64,000 nucleotides of DNA from Candidatus Shapirobacteria bacterium (GTDB lineage Bacteria > Patescibacteriota > Microgenomatia > UBA12405), in NCBI GenBank assembly GCA_041659325.1, contig JBAZYN010000004.1, positions 583 to 64,582 of the forward strand. Reading direction: 5' to 3'. The translations under genes and the position numbers were made by a program. The stretch's first letter is position 1. Every line of letters begins with the position of its first letter. The notes beneath the pieces were generated by a model that saw only the letters and a list, made by a program, of their open reading frames with translations, was not told the DNA's origin and searched no databases. Positions 48,601 to 56,405 of the stretch are shown here, in pieces.

Positions 48601-51600
48601 TACCTTTCTGGCCCCTCCCACTACGTCTATAGCCGGCGGCTATACCAACAATGGTACCTTTACCGCCAATTCTGGAAAAGTTACTTTTGACGGAACCGGA
48701 AGCAATACCCTATCTGGTTATATGAATGTCGGATCTGGCTCAACCTCTCCTTTCTATAAAGTGGTCTTTAGCGGCATCGGTGGCAGTTGGACCATTGCCG
48801 ACCCCATAAAAATCGGAGCTACCAATGCTACCGATACCCTATTAATAAACGCCGGAGTTGTTACCTTGGGCAATGGAAACGGTGATGATATGGAGGTCGA
48901 TGGAAAAATGAATATCGGTTCTACTGTCGGTCTGGCAATTTTTCAAACCATGGATGGTCTTGCCCAGGGCAGTGTCATCAATCTTGATATCAACAGCAAT
49001 ACCGCTCCGTTTAATTGTACTAACTGTTTGGTTCAAGTAGGCACAGCCGACAACACCGCCCCCCAGGGGACTTTTGTCATCAATGAAAACACCAACCTTC
49101 GATTAAATTCTTTCTCCAGCATTCAGTCGGGTCTGGATATTTATGCCTCGGGGAAAATAACTATTCGGGGTCTTCAGTCAGACACCGGCGCTGATAGCGG
49201 CACCGACACTACTTCCGCCGCCACCAGAGAAAGCAAAGTGTGTGTTGTCAAACCCGGCTGGGAAAACGACAGCCACAATAATAAAAACCTAAGAATCACC
49301 TCCGGCCTTGCCTTTGGGAAAATATACACTATCTCGGACACTATTACCAACGATTCCGATTGTGCCTCCGATACTGATGAGTCGCTGACTATCAACGATA
49401 CTTCCGTTCCCTCCGGGGCTAGCACTGCCGTCGTAAGCTCAATCACCACCGTCTTATCGCAAAGATGGGTTTGTTCCAATGCCACCACATATATTTCCGC
49501 GGATAATAAAGAGATAGGCAGATATCTACACGATCTGTCGGGTGTCACCGGTTATTACAAGATTGTCGACTCCACCAATAATGATGCTACCAACTGTTCG
49601 GGTAATGATAGGTTCAGGATTATGGCTGATCCTGCTGCTGAATTTGCCAGTCTGCAAACCAGTGATACTTTTAAAATTGTCGATGGTATTAGGTCCGATG
49701 ACACCTTTGAAATAATTGATTATGCCTCTATTACGGCCCAAAATGGTGTCGCCTGTAACTCATCGTTCAACGGCTATATCCTGGGAAGAAACCGTTCAGA
49801 AGTAGATATCCAATATTCAGATATTTGCAATATGGGAGCTTCCGATGAATATAAAACCGGAATCATGCTTGGCTACTCTTCGGCGGGCACCGACGGCTCT
49901 CTGCAAAACGAAGGGTTTGCAATTTCCAAGTCAAGGATAAGAAATGGTCACAATGGAATTGTTTTTTATTATGCGGACAATAATTCCGGAGCCAAAGGTA
50001 TCTCCGACAATTATATTTCAGGACATGCATCTTTCGGAATTGACTTTTACTACGGTGCCGACAACAATAGTGTTACTTCAAACACTGTTTGTGGCAATTT
50101 TCAAAACATTTATTTTAGGAATAATTCAAATAACAACACCGTATCTTCTAATATTATTTGTGAAGCCACCACCTTTGCCGGAATTGTTTTATATGATTCG
50201 CTAAGCGGTAATATCGTCTCTTCAAATACTATTTACAACAACGCCCAACATGGTATCTATACTGGCACTAACGCCATAGACAACACCTTTTCATCAAACA
50301 CCGTCTTCGGCAACCAATTAAGTGGAATTACTCTTGACAGTGCCCACATGACCAAAGTATCGGGCAACACGGTAAACAACTCTCAATATCATGGGATATA
50401 TATAATCGGAGGGTCAAAGGGCAATATCATTTCGTCAAACAACGTTTTTGGTCAAGACGCTGGTATTTATCTTTATAATTCTGCCAACAACAATCTTTTG
50501 TACACCAATAATTCATACAACAATGCCTACGGTTTACAATCGGGTTCTAACTCGACAAACAATGTATTTTTCGGAAATGATTATTACTCTAATACTAGCT
50601 ATGGTAGCTATAATAATGACGGTTTTAGTAATAATGTTTTCTATAATGATTCGTTTTATGGCAATATATTCGGCTGGATTGACAATGGTGCCTCAAATTT
50701 AAATAACATCCTTATAAACAATAGTTTCGGAGTCGGAACAGAAAATGGTTTCTACGATATCTATCAAATAGGATCTGCTCCCCATTCTACGCATTTATAT
50801 AGCTCGACTGTTAATTCCACCGTTGAGGCCGACGGAATTATCTACCCCGGCTCATCAATTATCTCCCGCTCTCACGATGGAGTAGCCGGTGCTACCAAAA
50901 TCTGGGGAGAATATTCCACTTCATCAAATAACTCCGAAACGCCACAGGATGAAGGGTTAGAAAGATATAATTATGCCGATTCCTCCTGGCCCGACTCAAT
51001 TACCGACCCGGGGTTTTCCGGTATCGGAACCTCAGACACCGATCTAAATCTTGGCTTCGCCGGAGGTACCTTAGGCGGGGGGACTTCAGCCGCCTTTGTC
51101 TACCGGGTTTACTGCACTGTCACCAACTGTGTCACCTCCCCCAACTCGTGGGGGGTTGAAAGAGATGGGATAGGTTTGGGTACCTCCGCCTCTAGCGGCG
51201 TTGGCTATACCGACCCTGGCACCAATATCTCGTTTAAAATCGATGATTCCGGAACAGATTTTGCCCTGGGTGATACCTACACCTTTGTTGCCTTCAGGGG
51301 TAGTACTGACACCAATACTCAAAAAACTATAACAATGGCCCAGGATGGGGATTTAATAAATGTTGGTGCCGGTACTACTCTCCGGGCAATCGGGGTCGGC
51401 GGTAGCCACACCTTGATCACCCGTGGTGGATCGGGCGGCTACCACATTAATGTCGCCGGAACCCTTGATGCTAGCTACTATACTTTAAGTTATTTAGGAG
51501 GAACCGACGGAAATTTAGGGCTTGATTTACAAAGTGGTTCTCTGATTACTAATTTAGCCAACGGTGTCTTTGATAATTTCCAAGATGTCGGATCATCGGA

Positions 51601-51934
51601 CACTTATATTAGAGTTCACAGTGATCTGATTGGGGTAGGAAGTCCGACCAAGACTTTTAGTGATTTAACCTTTACTCAAAACGGTTCCGGTGCTCCGGAA
51701 TTTACCGTCACCGAATCCGGAGGCAGCTCCCCGGCCGACGATCGTTACTGGCAGTTTGAAAATTCTGTCTGTAGTTCTTGGGCTTCCTGTGAAGATTCCG
51801 ACCTCGAACAAAACACCAACAGCGGTGGTAGCATCCGTTGGGATGCCATTATTCCTACCAGCCCTATTCTTGATCAGCTTATGCGCCACGGCCAGTGGTT
51901 TTTTGGCGGTCTCAAACAGCCGTTTACTTTTTAA
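42626..51934 (+). CDS. Giant secreted surface protein (3103 aa): Ig-like regions, Gly-rich segment, DUF2341-like domain, LamG/concanavalin-like domain, PbH1 parallel beta-helix repeats
   Basis: Signal peptide MKIFSPLPKLKKTLSLFLLTGLVFFSFLSTPTLLAQD. DUF2341-like YRRPIAITNASGG...DIRITD...LPHWIEE...IWTKVP...TIYVYYGN at about 47597-47890. A Gly-rich run at 44400-45000. N-rich beta-helix repeats at about 49930-50720. The ORF-track start at 42512 overlaps the upstream gene. Confidence 0.75.
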   Translation: MKIFSPLPKLKKTLSLFLLTGLVFFSFLSTPTLLAQDAAPAISVDPAVSISPPSPESYSDSPEANNSARLRPSFKLETYDTNPVFSKSKPEFKLVSGTKFKPRIKVYNNSKQEIDIELVEKVDKGDVVYSFNQATEIPPGKYTITFQDDLGGEISKDFYWGVLAINFNKSVYNPLENGYISLAVLDETGDMVCDAKLALIVEEPDGSVEELTTDDGRIKVNPECQVHGFTEKPDYETEYAFSENPGTYKFHLVAETKNGSYSITDQVQVAENLPIEVDRVMATRIYPPHPYTATINLKANEDFIGIVTETVPSSFIITKAANTEILPYKTIVEDKNSKTKKITWNLDLKPGEDVTIGYRYDIPDISPEFYLVGPIKFTDYSGTVDFFTETRQWQLAADAVAPVKIRQEINIINGLVTAAGVDAAIVNLDTAKYNSATYYFEVIAKVSAGTLTVNLSTGNTNTVGIGISDTSFVRVRSAFTPESGSFDYRLNLVNGTSPQVKAARIIILQSATTITATQTQIEIGNLEIGLSMATTAPLTSPKYWKYDSALWDGTKTFDISVSYKAGVGVTAGSQTFTVAGINTFTPPGGITSVKVECWGGGGAGGSSNTTTDGCGGGGGGAYSNKLNVGVTAGIGYTAFVGVGGTYRSQAKGGDGAASYFRNSVGVTVVSAAGGIGGTSQASSNPGAGGAGGNSTVGVGDTKWSGGTGGRGYNASAGQGGPGGSSAGIGTTGRSGPDPWSTRVASAGPTGSGIGGSGGPAGNSGAAPASGNGGGGGGSGDVATSVGGNGAGGKVVVTWAAIDNAVSIYLQEDNGSFAGWTNVVTVLSGGTATVPTSVGITNFTPTTGRNYRLVANTGLSPFDIYNAKIIVNQTSATTIDKLVPQYLLLNTKSTTTGSALGYQSLWTTDEWGRTTNTYLHAFDSIGGGTTATVKLVDIDAGNAELTNSAIGGTNQVISNGITMPTSGHQIDTWLTAAGTEVDASRILVQVDVTAVQNPTVVLNSLDNGATTTDTTPTLDFTGTSAYGDSVRYNIQIATNDLFSSSIITQTSVLSQGTETDASSYDTASISPGANKLVLLAVASRVAGGGNNTPTASGVGMSWDLVTTVQEPGSWNRISLLRAMSPSPSSGAITISFGGQTQTAVNWQISEFSNVDTSGTNGASAIGQSQTNTGASVTSLTVTLGAFQSTNNATYGAMISEVASPINQGTGFTEVYDLSVTDSALETEWKDSNDTSVDWSFTQGRVGGIAVEIKAAPSALDKVSGTDVGFSGSPDNTDPFTSAQAVNYTVEEGDSLAVGTYYWRVRGIDPDGSNAYGSWSDTRNFVVSMAANVTISGNIYTTETATAYNCSSTNLTVRAIVEGAGVGTTGICTSGGGAFLIQNITVGDTGHVITLYLDGESEKATSITKVASTSIGFTLPLYQNRVYLSHQNDGPITNADIDKYDSANDADIQYTSNGVGLTVTPGSKIVIALGKTYTPGGSIDTPSIGIGGTFNPESNTVNLTGSGSSITCTDAPGTVMPLCNSGTFNQSTSTINYNGTSASAIAALTFNNLGVGISSEAGVGTTYTFTGNVTVGGIFSIGNILSSNIDVVNASSHTLTLTQADTPLNATPKGALAPGSSTVVYTASADTSVATVDYYNLSLAPASGTPTYTLLNVWEYRRPIAITNASGGDLTDFQVSFTLDTTDSTRFQPDCDDIRITDSSGITILPHWIEENNPGCGNASTKIWTKVPSIPTAGTTIYVYYGNPIASSSQNGTSVFEFFDDFSGDSLDTQKWTKVNGSTPVLASGTLAITATADPGKLIASAGPNGDNYILKARFMVTGGSADDERLGLSVKTNTSSGAGYNLVFRGFTNLSTVQFLHDAVEWGSADTVNWAKDTYYTEEIYHDGTNVKGRFNDGSWYSWPRSGISGYLAINFASFNGTTSIWDYAVIRKAASTEPSSSVQAEQGVTNTDILTVHNDFSTSGAGTVTVNVETNNSATLDINGDFTLASGDTFLAPPTTSIAGGYTNNGTFTANSGKVTFDGTGSNTLSGYMNVGSGSTSPFYKVVFSGIGGSWTIADPIKIGATNATDTLLINAGVVTLGNGNGDDMEVDGKMNIGSTVGLAIFQTMDGLAQGSVINLDINSNTAPFNCTNCLVQVGTADNTAPQGTFVINENTNLRLNSFSSIQSGLDIYASGKITIRGLQSDTGADSGTDTTSAATRESKVCVVKPGWENDSHNNKNLRITSGLAFGKIYTISDTITNDSDCASDTDESLTINDTSVPSGASTAVVSSITTVLSQRWVCSNATTYISADNKEIGRYLHDLSGVTGYYKIVDSTNNDATNCSGNDRFRIMADPAAEFASLQTSDTFKIVDGIRSDDTFEIIDYASITAQNGVACNSSFNGYILGRNRSEVDIQYSDICNMGASDEYKTGIMLGYSSAGTDGSLQNEGFAISKSRIRNGHNGIVFYYADNNSGAKGISDNYISGHASFGIDFYYGADNNSVTSNTVCGNFQNIYFRNNSNNNTVSSNIICEATTFAGIVLYDSLSGNIVSSNTIYNNAQHGIYTGTNAIDNTFSSNTVFGNQLSGITLDSAHMTKVSGNTVNNSQYHGIYIIGGSKGNIISSNNVFGQDAGIYLYNSANNNLLYTNNSYNNAYGLQSGSNSTNNVFFGNDYYSNTSYGSYNNDGFSNNVFYNDSFYGNIFGWIDNGASNLNNILINNSFGVGTENGFYDIYQIGSAPHSTHLYSSTVNSTVEADGIIYPGSSIISRSHDGVAGATKIWGEYSTSSNNSETPQDEGLERYNYADSSWPDSITDPGFSGIGTSDTDLNLGFAGGTLGGGTSAAFVYRVYCTVTNCVTSPNSWGVERDGIGLGTSASSGVGYTDPGTNISFKIDDSGTDFALGDTYTFVAFRGSTDTNTQKTITMAQDGDLINVGAGTTLRAIGVGGSHTLITRGGSGGYHINVAGTLDASYYTLSYLGGTDGNLGLDLQSGSLITNLANGVFDNFQDVGSSDTYIRVHSDLIGVGSPTKTFSDLTFTQNGSGAPEFTVTESGGSSPADDRYWQFENSVCSSWASCEDSDLEQNTNSGGSIRWDAIIPTSPILDQLMRHGQWFFGGLKQPFTF

Positions 51935-51969
51935 ACTTGTGACCCAACCAAGAATAGTCTAATATTTGA

Positions 51970-52656
51970 ATGATGAATAAAATTGTTCCTCTGGTAGCAA
52001 AAATAATCGGAATATTGGTATTTATCGGATCAATCGTCGGTATGGTCTATTTTTACAACAAGTCAAAAAATGTAGAAATCCAAAACCCCGGAGAAATCGA
52101 GGAAATGGTGAAAACCCTCTCCGTATTTATGGAACTTCCCGATGAGATCCCGACTCTCGCCACCGTTACCGATACCACAAAATTAGAAAGTGAAACATTT
52201 TTCAAAAATGCCCAAAACGGGGACAAAGTATTGATTTTCCCTAACTCTACAAAAGCAATTCTTTATCGCCCTTCTACCAAAAAAGTTATTGAAGTCTCAA
52301 GCGTTATGGTTTCCGGCAGTCAGCCTGCGGCACCTCAACCGACCATTAGCCCCACTTCGCTTACCAGTTCCTCAAACCTTACCATTGCCCTGTACAATGG
52401 TACCGAGGAAGCCGGATTGGCAAAAAGTCTGGACAAAGATATTTTTAGTAAAACTCAAAATTACAAGGTAACAATTATTGCTGATGCCCAAAAAAACAGT
52501 TACGAGGATACCCTGGTCATCGACATCAGCGGTAAAAATCAGGAAATCGCCCAAGCTCTTGCCCAAAGTCTTTCCGCTGTTTTAGGCCCTCTCCCCTTAG
52601 GCGAACAAAAACCAGATACCGATATTTTGATAATTATCGGGAAAAATCACCCCTAA
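51970..52656 (+). CDS. Membrane-anchored LytR_C (LytR/CpsA/Psr C-terminal) domain protein
   Basis: N-terminal TM, a Pro-rich linker, and LTIALYNGTEEAGLAKSL...TLVIDISGKN typical of LytR_C. Confidence 0.55.
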   Translation: MMNKIVPLVAKIIGILVFIGSIVGMVYFYNKSKNVEIQNPGEIEEMVKTLSVFMELPDEIPTLATVTDTTKLESETFFKNAQNGDKVLIFPNSTKAILYRPSTKKVIEVSSVMVSGSQPAAPQPTISPTSLTSSSNLTIALYNGTEEAGLAKSLDKDIFSKTQNYKVTIIADAQKNSYEDTLVIDISGKNQEIAQALAQSLSAVLGPLPLGEQKPDTDILIIIGKNHP

Positions 52657-52666
52657 TCTTGTCTAC

Positions 52667-53218
52667 ATGAAAATCCACAAAATTAGCCGTCTTGTTTCAA
52701 TCAGCGGAATAATCATATTAGCGGTAGCTTTATTTATTTTTGTCATTTCAAAGCCCTCTATCGGGAAAATCAACCCACCTCAAACCGACCACACGACCGA
52801 ACTGCTTCCCACCGAAAAGTGGTATACCGACGACAATATCAATTTTACCTATGGTGCCAAATATGAATTAAGAGCCGTAAAAGCCGGCTCCGGCAATCAG
52901 CCAGAGGTTATCAACTTACTTGGTACAAAAGGGGACTCATCCATGTGGACTATTACCATCAAAAAAATTGATTATACCGATTTATCCGAAGTCTCCGGAG
53001 TCCAGCTTCGTAGAATTAAATCCGAGGATTATCTTGAAAAAAATCTGGAAATCGATCAAACTAGCGGATTATTTTTTAAAAAGATAAGCAGTAGTGAATT
53101 TACCGCCCTGGCCATAAAAAACGGCAAACTTATCACCATGGCTCTTACGGTAAACTCCAATGATACCGGAAAAGAGGCGGAGTTTCTGAGTTTTATTAAA
53201 ACTCTGAGAATCAATTAA
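52667..53218 (+). CDS. Membrane-anchored hypothetical protein
   Basis: N-terminal TM helix. No recognised domain. Confidence 0.4.
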   Translation: MKIHKISRLVSISGIIILAVALFIFVISKPSIGKINPPQTDHTTELLPTEKWYTDDNINFTYGAKYELRAVKAGSGNQPEVINLLGTKGDSSMWTITIKKIDYTDLSEVSGVQLRRIKSEDYLEKNLEIDQTSGLFFKKISSSEFTALAIKNGKLITMALTVNSNDTGKEAEFLSFIKTLRIN

Positions 53219-53243
53219 AACGATTTTGCAAAAAAACGCATAA

Positions 53244-54137
53244 ATGATTACCTATCAGGTTGTCCAGGGTATCGATGTTTGCCACAAGTTATGGCAAAAA
53301 TATTCCTCGAACCTTCATCTGAGCCAACTTTGGAATTACCGCCTTTGTTTTCACCGGGGATACCAGAGTCAACCCCACTTTATAGTTGCCTATGAGGATT
53401 CAATTCCTCTCGGCTTTATCCCCCTAGAATTTTATCCCGAAAATGATGTTTACCAACTTTTCGGTGGTGGTGACTGGAATGAAAAGCTAGATTTGTATAT
53501 GGGCCAAAAAATTTCCGACAAAGATTTATCCCAAATGGTGAAATTAATTCCTCAAAACCATAAAGTTATTTTTCTCTCGCCGGACTCTAAATTTATCAAA
53601 CCTTTTGAACCCACTTACTACATCAGCCTCAAAGACTTTCCCACCCCCGAATCTCTATTAGCCAACATGGACAAAAAACATCGCAAAAATCTCCGTCTCG
53701 AGTTTAACAAAATCGACCAAAACAAAGTTGATCTAAAATTCGGCGATACCGATATTATCGACAGTATCGTCAAGTTTAACCAGGAAAGATTCGGCCAAGA
53801 ATCATCCTTCGGTAGCCCCGGTTTTGATACCACTTTCAAGCTTCTTCTCTCCGAAGCATCACTCATTGACATTATCAAAACTATTTCTATTTATATAAAC
53901 GGTCATCTTGAGGCTGCTGCTGTTTGCGCCAATTATCATCAAACATTTACCTATCTCCAGGGTGGTAGTAATCCGCACATAAACAACCTCGGGAAATATC
54001 TTAATTATCAGGTTATAAAAATGGGGTACGACCAAAAACCAACCATTATTGATCTTTTATCCGATGATTGTGGTTGGAAAACTCATTGGCGCTCCGCGGT
54101 TGGCATGACCTATCAGCTTGACTTGTCAAAATTGTAA
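53244..54137 (+). CDS. Hypothetical protein, possibly FemAB/CelD-like GNAT-fold acyltransferase
   Basis: The C-terminal region loosely matches the Acetyltransf_6 pattern. This is weak. Confidence 0.3.
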   Translation: MITYQVVQGIDVCHKLWQKYSSNLHLSQLWNYRLCFHRGYQSQPHFIVAYEDSIPLGFIPLEFYPENDVYQLFGGGDWNEKLDLYMGQKISDKDLSQMVKLIPQNHKVIFLSPDSKFIKPFEPTYYISLKDFPTPESLLANMDKKHRKNLRLEFNKIDQNKVDLKFGDTDIIDSIVKFNQERFGQESSFGSPGFDTTFKLLLSEASLIDIIKTISIYINGHLEAAAVCANYHQTFTYLQGGSNPHINNLGKYLNYQVIKMGYDQKPTIIDLLSDDCGWKTHWRSAVGMTYQLDLSKL

Positions 54138-54174
54138 ATATTTTACTTTCCGGCATTAATGTTAATATTATTTA

Positions 54175-55122
54175 ATGCCTGTGTTTATTAGCTTTTTGAT
54201 ATTCATTGCCTCTCTTCTAGGCCTCTGGCTCTCCTCCGAAATAATTCTTAGCTCTGTTGGTCGCCTTTCAACCAGGCTCAGACTTCCCCCATTTGTTGTC
54301 TCTTTTTTTATCCTCGGTTTTCTTAGCTCATTACCCGAATTGAGCATTGGTGTCAATTCAATCATTAACAAGACGCCCGATATTTTTGTCGGTAACTTAT
54401 CCGGTGCCTCTATCGTCCTTTTTTTGTTTATCATCCCGCTTTTGGCGATTTTGGGTGATGGGATTATCCTTTCTCGCCAGTTACCCAAGAACAAATTAAT
54501 TCTCTCCATCCTGGCGATAATCTCCCCGTTTCTTTTGATCCTTGACGGATTCCTAAGTTATTTTGATGCCTTTGCTTTGGTGGCTGCCTATTTCCTTCTT
54601 ATCTCCTCCATCAAGCACAAAAGGCGTCTTTTCAGAAAAATAATTACCAAAAAAATAAAAAATGTCAGCTTTAACCCAATTGCTGAATTAATTAAGGTTC
54701 TTATCGGTGCTGTTCTGATTTATATTTTCAGCAAAGTCTTGGTCGACCAAACAGTCTTTTTTGCCCGGCTGTTCCATGCCCCGGTCCTTATTATCAGCTT
54801 TTTACTTTTATCACTCGGCACCAATTTACCCGAGCTGGTTATCGCCATCAATGCCGTAATTAGCCACCAAAAGGAGGTTGCCTTTGGCAACTACGTCGGT
54901 TCCGCCGCTGTAAATACCCTTCTCTTTGGTATTCTGACCTTTGCAAACGGGGAATTTACAGTTACCGGCAACGGTTTCTTGGTTAACTTAATTGTTTTTT
55001 CCTTTGGCCTTTTATTGTTTTATCGTTTTTCTACTACCAAAAATGATATTTGCCGCAAAGAAGGTTGGATTCTTCTGTCTCTTTATTTGTTTCTGGCACT
55101 AATAAAAATTGTGGAAATATAA
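54175..55122 (+). CDS. Ca2+/cation antiporter (CaCA, YrbG-like Na+/Ca2+ exchanger)
   Basis: Two alpha-repeats (LSSLPELSIGVNS and LGTNLPELVIAINAV). About 10 TM helices. Confidence 0.7.
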   Translation: MPVFISFLIFIASLLGLWLSSEIILSSVGRLSTRLRLPPFVVSFFILGFLSSLPELSIGVNSIINKTPDIFVGNLSGASIVLFLFIIPLLAILGDGIILSRQLPKNKLILSILAIISPFLLILDGFLSYFDAFALVAAYFLLISSIKHKRRLFRKIITKKIKNVSFNPIAELIKVLIGAVLIYIFSKVLVDQTVFFARLFHAPVLIISFLLLSLGTNLPELVIAINAVISHQKEVAFGNYVGSAAVNTLLFGILTFANGEFTVTGNGFLVNLIVFSFGLLLFYRFSTTKNDICRKEGWILLSLYLFLALIKIVEI

Positions 55123-55131
55123 ACATACAAG

Positions 55132-55443
55132 ATGACAGATCCTCAAAATATCAATCATTCGGTCAAAATTCAGCCTGGATCTGTAGTCAGCAGAGAAATT
55201 ATAAATAAATCCTTCGGCACTGTTACCGTTTTTGCTTTCGACAAAAACCAAGGCCTGAGCGAACACACCGCCCCATTTGACGCTCTCATTATTGCAACTG
55301 AAGGTGCTTGTGAAATTATAGTTTCCGGTGCAAGTCACACTGTCAAGGCCGGTGAGATGTTTTTATTGCCCGCAAACGCCCCACACTCTCTAAAAGCGAT
55401 CAAAGCTTTTAAAATGATCTTGATAATGATTAAATCAGTATAG
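55132..55443 (+). CDS. Cupin-domain protein
   Basis: 103 aa with the two-motif cupin pattern (G...H...E, then ...P...H). Confidence 0.5.
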   Translation: MTDPQNINHSVKIQPGSVVSREIINKSFGTVTVFAFDKNQGLSEHTAPFDALIIATEGACEIIVSGASHTVKAGEMFLLPANAPHSLKAIKAFKMILIMIKSV

Positions 55444-55480
55444 TTACGCCCCTATCAAAAAATAAATAAAATAATAAACT

Positions 55481-55972
55481 ATGAACAAAAAATTTTTATT
55501 TCCTCTCGTTTTTTCTTTAGCCATAATCTTGGGCGGGTGTTTCCCAAAACCCCAAAATCCCTCGCCTGTTATAGACAATCCCCCCACTGTCGAACCATCA
55601 GAAGTTCCGATAGTTGGCGGCGACGCAGACGAGCATGGTTGCATTGGCTCCGCCGGTTATTCCTGGTGCGAAGACAAGGGTAAATGCATTCGAATTTGGG
55701 AAGAAGACTGCGGCTCTGCCTCTGCCATAAAAACTGCCATCGCCAAAAAAGACAACATCACCACAGATTTTACCGTCACCATTAAACACGAAAATACCAA
55801 ATATGCTTCGGGTGGTATTTCTTTTGACGGTAGCGGTGGGGGGATGTTTTTGGCAGCAAAAATAGGGGATGAGTGGCAGATCATCTACTCCGGCAATGGC
55901 AGCATCGACTGCGTCGCTATCAAAAACAATTACGATTTTACCCCCGAGATGTTGCAGGGTTTTTGTGACTGA
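55481..55972 (+). CDS. Lipoprotein, hypothetical
   Basis: Lipobox LGGC after the signal peptide. Cys-rich. Confidence 0.5.
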   Translation: MNKKFLFPLVFSLAIILGGCFPKPQNPSPVIDNPPTVEPSEVPIVGGDADEHGCIGSAGYSWCEDKGKCIRIWEEDCGSASAIKTAIAKKDNITTDFTVTIKHENTKYASGGISFDGSGGGMFLAAKIGDEWQIIYSGNGSIDCVAIKNNYDFTPEMLQGFCD

Positions 55973-55997
55973 AACGGGATAGAGTTATAATTCTCTT

Positions 55998-56405
55998 ATG
56001 CTCAAAGGATTTAAACAGTTTATTTTAAAAGGCAATGTTGTCGACTTAGCTGTCGGTATTATCATGGGGACTGCTTTTGGTTCTGTGGTTAGCTCTCTGG
56101 TCAAAGGTGTTATCACTCCTTTAATCGGTGCCTTCGGCGGCCAACCCAACTTGTCTTTTATCTCGTTTACTATCAACAATAGTAAATTTTTATTTGGAGA
56201 TTTTCTAAACGCCCTGATCTCTTTCTTGATCAACGCCTTGGTCCTGTATTTTTTTGTCGTTCTTCCTGTCAACAAGCTAAGTGTCCTTACCAAAAAAGAA
56301 AAGTCACTTGATCCCACCAACAAAACTTGTCCCGAATGTTTAAGCAATATCCCAATCAAAGCCAAACGTTGTGCTTTTTGTACATCACTCCAGCCCAAAA
56401 ATTAA
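55998..56405 (+). CDS. mscL: Large-conductance mechanosensitive channel MscL with C-terminal CxxC...CxxC zinc ribbon
   Basis: MLKGFKQFILKGNVVDLAVGIIMGTAFGSVVSSLV matches the MscL N-terminus/TM1, and a second TM follows. The C-terminus KTCPECLSN...RCAFCTS replaces the usual helical bundle. Confidence 0.8.
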   Translation: MLKGFKQFILKGNVVDLAVGIIMGTAFGSVVSSLVKGVITPLIGAFGGQPNLSFISFTINNSKFLFGDFLNALISFLINALVLYFFVVLPVNKLSVLTKKEKSLDPTNKTCPECLSNIPIKAKRCAFCTSLQPKN

